Shown here: in pieces, positions 39,818-47,522 of the stretch | Layout of the letters: every line of letters starts with the position of its first letter | How positions within the stretch are numbered: the first letter of the stretch is position 1 | NCBI GenBank assembly: GCA_934098705.1 | Contig: CAKOPC010000003.1 | Location: 5,321-69,320, forward strand | Source of the DNA: an uncultured Bacilli bacterium | GTDB taxonomy: Bacteria; Bacillota_I; Bacilli_A; RF39; UBA660 | Reading direction: 5' to 3' | DNA: 64,000 bases | The notes under the pieces: model-generated | What the model saw: only the letters and a program-made list of their open reading frames with translations | Database searches by the model: none | What the model was told of the DNA's origin: nothing | Program-made: the position numbers and the translations under genes

Positions 39818-41215
39818 TTAAAATCTAAAATATAGAAATGGATTATATGAATTGTCTATCAAATAAGAAGTAACAACAAATAATATGATTACTATTAAAA
39901 TTGGTTCTAAAATATTAATTATGTTATTTACATATTTATTTTTTCTTAACTTTTCTATTAATGTTTTAATAAAAGGAGTAGCCCCAAATAAAGCAATAAT
40001 TAGTAATGGTAGATAACTCTTTAAGTAATGGAGTGTATAATCATTAATAAAAACTTCTCCATTCATACCAAATAACCCTTTAATATTAGTCAAAGCCACT
40101 TGCATATTGTCAGAATTAAATATAATAAATAATATCATAACAATAAATAATACATATATTCTTCTTATAAAAGAAGGTAATTTTTCTATAAATTTATTAA
40201 GGAATAATTTTTCTATTATAAGAATAATTCCAAACAATAATCCCCATATTAAAAAAGTCCAATTAGCACCATGCCATATTCCAGTTAATAACCATACTAT
40301 TAAAATATTTCTTATTTGTTTATATTTACCATCTCTATTACCTCCAAGTGGAATATAAACATAATCTTTAAACCATGTACTAAGAGAAATGTGCCATCTT
40401 CTCCAAAACTCAGTTATACTTTTTGATATATATGGGTAATTAAAGTTTTCAGGGAAATTAAATCCAAATATTCTTCCAAGACCAATAGCCATATCACTAT
40501 AAGCAGAAAAATCAAAATACAACTGTAGCATATAACTTATACCAAATATCCAATAAAATATTACGGTTGTTTCATTTAGAGCGAAAGCTTTAGTACAAAG
40601 TTCTCCCAAAGCATTTGCTATTAATACTTTTTTAGCAAGTCCAATAGAAAATCTTCTAATACCATATGCAAAATTATTAAAACTATGTACTCTATCATCT
40701 AATTCTTTTTCTACTGTTTGATATCTAACAATAGGTCCTGCGACTAACTGTGGAAATAAAGATACATAAGTGGCTAAATTTATAATGTTTTTTTGAACTT
40801 TAACTTTTCCATTATATACATCAATAACATAACTTATAATTTGAAATGTATAAAATGATATTCCTATTGGTAATGCAATATTTAATAATTTAATATTAGC
40901 ATTAGATATATCATTAATTGTTTGTATAATAAAATCAGTATATTTAAATATTATTAATAAAAATACATGTATAAATAAAGTTGTTATTAATATATTTTTA
41001 CTTTGATTTTTATATTTATCAATTAAAATAGCTCCTATATAAGCAATAATAATTTCTGCAATCATTAAAAAAACATATTTAGGTTCTCCGTAAAAATAAA
41101 ATAATAAAGATGCAATTAATAAAATAATATTTTTATATTTTTTAGGTGTTATAAAATATATAATTATTAATGCTGGTAAAAAATAATATAAAAAACTAAT
41201 ACTAGTAAATAACAT
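39818..41215 (-). CDS. MBOAT-family membrane-bound O-acyltransferase (AlgI/DltB/PatA-like)
   Basis: 465 aa polytopic; conserved WRRWHISLSTWFKDYVYIPLGGNR block and catalytic His region. Confidence 0.75.
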   Translation of the reverse strand: MLFTSISFLYYFLPALIIIYFITPKKYKNIILLIASLLFYFYGEPKYVFLMIAEIIIAYIGAILIDKYKNQSKNILITTLFIHVFLLIIFKYTDFIIQTINDISNANIKLLNIALPIGISFYTFQIISYVIDVYNGKVKVQKNIINLATYVSLFPQLVAGPIVRYQTVEKELDDRVHSFNNFAYGIRRFSIGLAKKVLIANALGELCTKAFALNETTVIFYWIFGISYMLQLYFDFSAYSDMAIGLGRIFGFNFPENFNYPYISKSITEFWRRWHISLSTWFKDYVYIPLGGNRDGKYKQIRNILIVWLLTGIWHGANWTFLIWGLLFGIILIIEKLFLNKFIEKLPSFIRRIYVLFIVMILFIIFNSDNMQVALTNIKGLFGMNGEVFINDYTLHYLKSYLPLLIIALFGATPFIKTLIEKLRKNKYVNNIINILEPILIVIILFVVTSYLIDNSYNPFLYFRF

Positions 41216-41254
41216 TTTATCCTCCTTTAAAAAGGCACCTTAAAAGGTGCTTCA

Positions 41255-41833
41255 TTATTCTTCTGCTGGCATTTCTGGTGGAAGTTCTATATTTTCTTCG
41301 TTATTTGATTTTTCTAATTCTTTTCCAATATTATTATTTACATATTTCTTAAAATCATTATATACTGCTTTAGCAATATCTTTATCAGCCATTACAGAGA
41401 ATATTATATTACCACTATTAGTGATATATAATTGTTCTGCAGAAACACAAATCCATCGTCTCATATCAATATTATCTAGCATCTCTTGTTTAATTTTTTC
41501 TACATCAGCACTCTCTTTAACCTTAACAATAGCAACTGAATAAGCTTGTGCTGTTATCAATGGTACTGATACAACAATTGATTCGATACCATCATTTGTT
41601 TTTAAACCAGTATAACTATTAACTTCATCAATATTCTTTATATCTACTTTCATAGTTTCAAGTTCAGGTAAAATATCTTTGTTATTTTTATTTATAGTAT
41701 TAATAATGTTATTAATGTTTTTTGGTGTATTACCACCGCCTTTATTTCCGCCACTTGATACTAGTATGATTATTATAAATGATATAACTGCTAATAATAT
41801 CAAACCTATTATAAAAATATTTTGTTTTTTCAT
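41255..41833 (-). CDS. Membrane-anchored extracytoplasmic protein of unknown function (DUF4358-like)
   Basis: Signal anchor, Gly/Asn-rich linker, ~130-aa globular domain. Confidence 0.35.
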   Translation of the reverse strand: MKKQNIFIIGLILLAVISFIIIILVSSGGNKGGGNTPKNINNIINTINKNNKDILPELETMKVDIKNIDEVNSYTGLKTNDGIESIVVSVPLITAQAYSVAIVKVKESADVEKIKQEMLDNIDMRRWICVSAEQLYITNSGNIIFSVMADKDIAKAVYNDFKKYVNNNIGKELEKSNNEENIELPPEMPAEE

Positions 41834-41867
41834 TTCTTTCTCCTCTCCATATTTAAATTATATCATA

Positions 41868-41893
41868 CTTTTACCGAAATCAGTAAAAAAATT
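41868..41893 (-). promoter_or_regulatory. Operator copy plus extended -10 promoter upstream of the DUF4358-like gene
   Basis: Gene-strand reading TTACTGATTTCGGTAAAAGTATGATATAAT. Nearly identical to the tasA-like promoter, including the AAAAGTATGATATAAT tail. Confidence 0.5.
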
Positions 41894-41976
41894 ATTACGT
41901 TTTACAAAAATTAAATTTCAACTATTTAAAAAGTAACCATTTCTGATTTACTTTTATAAATTATAAATATTTATTA

Positions 41977-42617
41977 CTATTTTGTATCAATTAATAATGC
42001 TTTTGGACTTTTCTTTAAATTGCTTGATGAAGATATTAGTAAAGAAATTATAAGAACTATTGACATAAATAAAACCACATATATCATTAATTTTGGAGAT
42101 ATATTAATTTCTAAACTTGTTAGTGTTTTATTAAATCCATCTACTTCAGCTCCCCCTCCAAGTTGGCTAGATGCTCCTTGTTTAGCAATTTGTTTTGCTA
42201 TAGTACCAGTGACTTTATTTAATATATTATTTCCAATCATACTCGCTGTATAAACCGCTAGAAAGTATGATCCTATAAATGCTGGGATTGATATAAATAC
42301 TAATTCAATAACAAACTGCCCGAATATTTTAGCTTTTGAAATTCCTAAGGAAAGTAAAATTGCAATTTCTTTTTTCCTAGCATTCATCCATAAAAACAAA
42401 AGTAATGAAACTGTAATACCTGCAAATAATAATGATCCTGCAAATAATTTGTTAGCTATTTTATATATACCTGATATTGACTGTTGTAGTGCTGGGTAAT
42501 TATTTGAACTTTTAATCAAATTATATTGTTTCCAATCTATATCGAGTTTTTCAATATTTTTAATGACTTTATCTAAATTTTTATCACCTTTTACAAAAAA
42601 TGTTGCATATTTAGGAT
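41977..42617 (-). pseudogene. 5'-truncated ABC transporter permease (FtsX-like C-terminal domain only)
   Basis: Reading frame open upstream of the track start (which is a TTG) to 42617, with no ATG. Product covers only the last ~4 TM helices of an FtsX-type permease. Confidence 0.5.
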
Positions 42618-42639
42618 TTTTTATCTAAAAATCACATAA

Positions 42640-42935
42640 CTTCAATAAATTATTATATTAGTCCTTTTTCATAGTAATTAACAAGTGCTTTTTCATCAGA
42701 TGAGTAATATTCATATTCTGTTTTTATATATTTTGTAAATCCCAATTTAAAATATATCTGTATATTTCTTATTTCACATGGTTCAACTAATGGCAAATAA
42801 TTAAAGCACCTTTTTTTTAAATCATTTTCCATAATTCTGAATTATTATGTTTTAAAATCTCTTCATCCCATTTTTTTATAATTAGTTTTTTAGTAGCTAT
42901 AACACATTCATAATTTGTCATTCCACTCACCTCAT
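42640..42935 (-). pseudogene. Frameshifted GNAT-family acetyltransferase remnant
   Basis: MTNYECVIATKKLIIKKWDEEILKHNNSELWKMI* in one frame and ...IQIYFKLGFTKYIKTEYEYYSSDEKALVNYYEKGLI* (GNAT motif-B-like YFKLGF) in another. Confidence 0.35.
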
Positions 42936-42943
42936 TAAACGTT

Positions 42944-43507
42944 TCAATTAACAAAAGTACAGTTATGAATAACCTTTGTTATTTCAAAAAAAAGATTTGT
43001 ACTTTTTTCAACTTTTATGGTATTTATTTTTAGAGTATTAGCACTTTTAATATTATCAATATTATCATCAATAAACAATAATTCTCTTGGTGTAATATTA
43101 TACCGATTTAATATGTATTCGTAAAAATCTGCATTTGGTTTAATCTTATTAATTTCTGCAGATATTATTATGTCATCCAAATAAGTAGCGCCAAAATTAT
43201 CTATAATAAACTTTTTAACAAATGATAAATGATTTGTAGCTACAATTATTTTTATATTTTTATATCTTCTTTTTATTTTTTCAAATAGATGTTTATCTCT
43301 TATTTTATATATTTTATTAATCAAAAGCTCTGTTATGTTAATGATATCAGATGTATCTTTTATTAAACTATTTGCTTTAATCAAATAATCAGAATCATTT
43401 ATATTTGGACCAAACATTCTCTCCAATTGTACTTCTATATCAGATAACTCAACATCTTTTTCATTAACAAGAACACCAACAAAATCAAATGCAATTATTT
43501 TTATCAT
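42944..43507 (-). CDS. HAD-superfamily hydrolase
   Basis: N-terminal motif IIAFDFVGVL (DxD-type motif I), downstream Lys and DD motifs. Confidence 0.55.
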   Translation of the reverse strand: MIKIIAFDFVGVLVNEKDVELSDIEVQLERMFGPNINDSDYLIKANSLIKDTSDIINITELLINKIYKIRDKHLFEKIKRRYKNIKIIVATNHLSFVKKFIIDNFGATYLDDIIISAEINKIKPNADFYEYILNRYNITPRELLFIDDNIDNIKSANTLKINTIKVEKSTNLFFEITKVIHNCTFVN

Positions 43508-43554
43508 ATTTTCTCCTATACTAAATTACTTTTTTAATAATTGATATTTTCAAC

Positions 43555-44091
43555 TTAATAAATATTATATTCCCAACCTGGTTGCCAATCGCCAATTTTT
43601 CTCCAATCATTTTTATTTGCTTCTTCCCAACTTATATTTTTAGTTATAACTTCAAACGCTAATTGTGGAGCTCTATGTGCAACGATACCGATAGTTTTTC
43701 CTTTATAATCTCTTAAAATATCATCAATTAAACTTTTAATTCTCTTTTCAAGATCTTTAAGAGATTCTCCATTTGGAAATGGTTCGTTAACATGTTTTTC
43801 ATATACAATAAGATTTTTATCTTTACCATCTAAATCACCATAATTACATTTCCTTAATCTTTTATCTTGAATTTTTGGTACATTTGGGAAAGCGATATTT
43901 GCACTTTCTATTGTTCTAACTAAATCAGAAGTAAAAAGTACATCAAACTTAATTTTTGAATTAATTTTTCCCAGATTTGCTGCCTGTTCTCTACCTAAAT
44001 CATTTAACTCTACTTGCTTCCAACCAGAGCATTTTTTATTAGCATTATCATAAGTTGTTCCATGTACAAAATAGATAAGATTTGTTTTCAT
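43555..44091 (-). CDS. Histidine phosphatase (phosphoglycerate mutase-like) family protein
   Basis: LIYFVHGTT (His motif)...GIVAHRAP (second His), typical branch-1 histidine phosphatase. Confidence 0.6.
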   Translation of the reverse strand: MKTNLIYFVHGTTYDNANKKCSGWKQVELNDLGREQAANLGKINSKIKFDVLFTSDLVRTIESANIAFPNVPKIQDKRLRKCNYGDLDGKDKNLIVYEKHVNEPFPNGESLKDLEKRIKSLIDDILRDYKGKTIGIVAHRAPQLAFEVITKNISWEEANKNDWRKIGDWQPGWEYNIY

Positions 44092-44218
44092 TATATTACA
44101 CCTCCATTTTTACAATAATAATATTTTAATACTTTGCTTTGTTAATATTAATTATATCATATTTTCATTTTTCTTTAAATATTAACCAACATGTTAGCTC
44201 ATTTTAAACAAAAAATAT

Positions 44219-44464
44219 TTATTTTAATTCAAAAATTGATTTCAACACATTATAAATTACATCTACTACTATTGAATTTCCAGCCTGGTGATATAAATAA
44301 GTTTCTGCACATACCCTTTTTGCTCTATTATATTCTTCATCACTAAACCTTATAAGTCTCCAAGCCTCTTTGGATGTTAATTTCCTAATTATACAAATAA
44401 AAATGGAAATTTTAAAGTACAATTTCTTAGACTTTATATCTTTGACAGAATTAATGAAAAACAT
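44219..44464 (-). pseudogene. C-terminal fragment of a C5 cytosine DNA methyltransferase (motifs IX and X only)
   Basis: RKLTSKEAWRLIRFSDEEY (motif IX-like, LTxxExxRLxGFxD) and QAGNSIVVDVI (motif X, GNSV). The N-terminal catalytic motifs are absent. Confidence 0.55.
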
Positions 44465-44510
44465 AAATTTTCATTAGATTTGTCAAAAAATATTAACTTA
44501 TTTTAAATTT

Positions 44511-44534
44511 GCGTACCTAAAAGTGTACCTAAAA
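44511..44534. repeat. Tandem pair of GTACCTAAAA repeats, outer left flank of island
   Basis: GTACCTAAAA x2 in direct orientation; the same motif recurs at 44705-44726 and 58170-58189. Confidence 0.6.
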
Positions 44535-44566
44535 TTACTTAATAGTTCTAAAATTCTTTAATATAA

Positions 44567-44600
44567 ACAAAAATGAGAGCTTTCGCTCTCTTCAGAGGGC
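44567..44600. repeat. Left direct repeat (att-like): ACAAAAATGAGAGC-tttc-GCTCTCTTCAGAGGGC with internal hairpin
   Basis: Matches 58238-58280 (ACAAAAATGAGAGCG-atataagttaat-CGCTCTCTTCAGGGGG) in both arms; only the loop differs. Confidence 0.5.
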
Positions 44601-44704
44601 TCGCCCTTTTATTCTTTGTATGTGTTAATTCCTTTTAATTTCGGCCTTTTATGGTCTTTTTGTTTTAGCAACAACCTTATTAATTTGGTATTTATTAGTG
44701 TGTT

Positions 44705-44726
44705 GGTACCTAAATGGTACCTAAAA
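44705..44726. repeat. Tandem pair of GGTACCTAAA repeats inside the left end of the island
   Basis: GGTACCTAAAtGGTACCTAAAA. Confidence 0.6.
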
Positions 44727-44764
44727 TCACAATAATTGTAATTAGATAATGATATTAAAAATTT

Positions 44765-46477
44765 CTAATCCCAAGTATTATTTTTCATACAAAAATCACA
44801 TGAATCATCCAAAAATATATTTGAATTATCTGTCGCAAAATTATTTGATAATCCCGTCATTAACAAGCCACATCCAAATAATTCTAAAGGATCATTGCCA
44901 ATTATTTTAATTGTTTTATCATAATCCCAATATAAATCAGTAGAATCAGCAAATAAATAACAATATTTGTAATCATTTTTTTTAAATTCTTCGTACTTTT
45001 TCTTTCCCTTAATTTTATAGTTTCCTCTTTCTCCAAAGAATTTATTAATATATGCTTGTCCATAAAAGAATGATTCTAATTCTTTTTCATTAGGAATACA
45101 TCTTTCTTCATTAAAAATTATTTCAACAATTCTTTTACAATTTATTACTGATATATTGCAATTATTATGTAGCCTTTTTATTAATGCTTTCTTAATTGAA
45201 TCAATACTATTTCCTGCTATTAACACTTCAGCATCTCTTACATTAAATTTATCATTTATTAATCTTAAATAGCCATCATAATAATGGTATTTTTTATTAT
45301 TAAATCCATTGGCTTCGAAAATACTACCGTTTTCTCCATAGAAGCAGTTATAAATACCATCTTTATATTTCATTAAAAATTCATGATTAGGATCTTCAAC
45401 TTTAATTATATTATTCAATACTCTATATAAATCTTTAAGTAAGCCATCTTGCTCAATGGCATATGAGTAATCTAAATCATTTTGATAAATTTTATGTGCT
45501 GGCTCTGTTCTAAGTTTTCTAATTTGATTGAGTTTTTCATAAGACATCATATTAAATAAGTCATATTGACCAAAATATGTTTTAAATAATCTTAAACCCC
45601 TGAACTCTTCTTTTTTTAGATCCTCTAAAGTAAACTCGTTATTATTTTTCATAGTTTCATATTCTTCTCTTATTTTCTTTTTTAAATCTTTTCCATTAAT
45701 ATTATCTAAAAAGATTTTTGCTAATTCCATCATAAAATTAAATCTATTCATTTTTGTGGGATAAAATAATGGCATGTAAAATTGTAATTCAGAAGCATCA
45801 TATTCATTATTAAACAACTTAAAATTATATTTACTTTCAAATATATAATTAACTATTCTGATTCCCTCTAAAAGAACATCATAAATACTTTCTTCATCTA
45901 TATCTAAGAACTCTCCCAAAAATAAGTTTTTAATATTGTATGAATGCATTTCATATCTTCTACCATCATCTTCAATCATAAATGGTTGTAATATTAACTG
46001 GGATTGTTCAGACAAATCTATCAAATCAACCATTAACATACCAATAACAATTTTATTTTCTTCTAAATCATGACATAAACATAAATCTTTTATATATACA
46101 TCTAATTTAGAATTTTCTGTTGAACAAACGTATCCTCTATAACCACTCCAATGAAAATGGAATTTAGGATTATTCAAAAACAAATGCATAATTTCCTCAT
46201 CGAAATATATAATATTCAATGCAAAATAATCTTTAATTAACTCTTTTTCAAAACGATTTAACCCTATTCTTTCAATTTCTTTTTTATAATTTTTATAAAA
46301 TTTTTTATCTAAGAAATAATAATCAGGTAATTCTTTATTTGTATATATGTATTTATACTTTAAAAGATAATTCTTTATATTTTCACTAACATTTAATCTG
46401 CATGCAAATCCACGGCCGTCAATAAAATTCTTACAAACAGCTAAAACCTGTTCATTATCTAATCTCTGCATTTTCAT
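44765..46477 (-). CDS. Large hypothetical protein (570 aa), no recognizable motifs; candidate restriction/defence cargo
   Basis: Own promoter and terminator. Sits between the R-M operon and the island end, next to the methyltransferase fragment. Confidence 0.4.
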   Translation of the reverse strand: MKMQRLDNEQVLAVCKNFIDGRGFACRLNVSENIKNYLLKYKYIYTNKELPDYYFLDKKFYKNYKKEIERIGLNRFEKELIKDYFALNIIYFDEEIMHLFLNNPKFHFHWSGYRGYVCSTENSKLDVYIKDLCLCHDLEENKIVIGMLMVDLIDLSEQSQLILQPFMIEDDGRRYEMHSYNIKNLFLGEFLDIDEESIYDVLLEGIRIVNYIFESKYNFKLFNNEYDASELQFYMPLFYPTKMNRFNFMMELAKIFLDNINGKDLKKKIREEYETMKNNNEFTLEDLKKEEFRGLRLFKTYFGQYDLFNMMSYEKLNQIRKLRTEPAHKIYQNDLDYSYAIEQDGLLKDLYRVLNNIIKVEDPNHEFLMKYKDGIYNCFYGENGSIFEANGFNNKKYHYYDGYLRLINDKFNVRDAEVLIAGNSIDSIKKALIKRLHNNCNISVINCKRIVEIIFNEERCIPNEKELESFFYGQAYINKFFGERGNYKIKGKKKYEEFKKNDYKYCYLFADSTDLYWDYDKTIKIIGNDPLELFGCGLLMTGLSNNFATDNSNIFLDDSCDFCMKNNTWD

Positions 46478-46544
46478 ATTATTCCCCCTTAACTTATTAT
46501 TTGATTATACCATATATTCCAATTTATTTTTTTACAAAACAATT

Positions 46545-46580
46545 AGAAATTAAAAAAAGCCACTTTATTAGGTGGCATCA
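46545..46580 (-). terminator. Intrinsic terminator after the methyltransferase gene
   Basis: GCCACC-taataaa-GTGGC hairpin followed by a U-run on the minus-strand RNA. Confidence 0.4.
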
Positions 46581-47522
46581 TTTATTATCAAGGCTATTAA
46601 CATCTTCAAAAAATTCATTAATTGTTTTTACTCTATTGTATTCTTTCTTCAAATTGGTTTGAGACATATTTTCAAGATGTTTTTTAAAATAAACTTGAGA
46701 TTGCTTATCATTATCTATCATTATGCAATGTCTTCCCTCTTCTATACAAATTCTTCCTGTAGTTCCACTTCCAGCGAAAAAATCTAAAACTACTGCTCCT
46801 GGATATGATAATGATTTAACAAATCTTCGTATTATTTCAAGTGGCTTTTGAGTAGGATGCCCAACTCTCTCCAATGAATTACCATTTAGTCTTCCAATTT
46901 CCCATACATTAGTTGGATTCTTACCTTTTATAACATTTTCAGGAATCAATCTTTTATCTTTCAATGCATTTTTTAGTTCTTCAGGAGAATATTTTACTCT
47001 TACTGAATCTAAATCAAAATAATATTTATCAGTTTTTACCAACCATATTACTTCTTCATGCCTATTTGCAAAATACCTATGAGCAGACATACCATTCTTA
47101 TAATACCATATAATTGTATTTACTAATTTCCATTTTGTGTTATGCCTGCAATGATATATTATTTCAGTTAAATCTCCACTTCTTTCATTTCTAAATTGTG
47201 TTCCACCAAAGATAACCAAACTACCACTTTTTGATAAAACCCTATATGCTTCATCCAACCAAGTTCCAGCCCATTCCATATAATTCTCATATGTATCCCA
47301 ATCTGCTAAATCAAGATTATATGGTGGATCAATCAAGATTAACTGAATTGACTCATCAGGAATCTTTTTTAATGCTTTAACACAATCTTCATTAAATAGC
47401 AAAGATATTGATTTTTCTGGCATTTTAAAATCTACACTTGTTTTATTTTTTAAATTATCTTTATTTTTCTTCAAAATTGATCTTAGTGCAGAGTTATTAT
47501 GTGATTTATTATGTATAGCCAT
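46578..47522 (-). CDS. Beta-class amino (N6-adenine or N4-cytosine) DNA methyltransferase
   Basis: Motif IV DPPYN precedes motif I VLDFFAGSGTTG (beta-class order). 314 aa. Abuts the restriction gene. Confidence 0.8.
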   Translation of the reverse strand: MAIHNKSHNNSALRSILKKNKDNLKNKTSVDFKMPEKSISLLFNEDCVKALKKIPDESIQLILIDPPYNLDLADWDTYENYMEWAGTWLDEAYRVLSKSGSLVIFGGTQFRNERSGDLTEIIYHCRHNTKWKLVNTIIWYYKNGMSAHRYFANRHEEVIWLVKTDKYYFDLDSVRVKYSPEELKNALKDKRLIPENVIKGKNPTNVWEIGRLNGNSLERVGHPTQKPLEIIRRFVKSLSYPGAVVLDFFAGSGTTGRICIEEGRHCIMIDNDKQSQVYFKKHLENMSQTNLKKEYNRVKTINEFFEDVNSLDNK

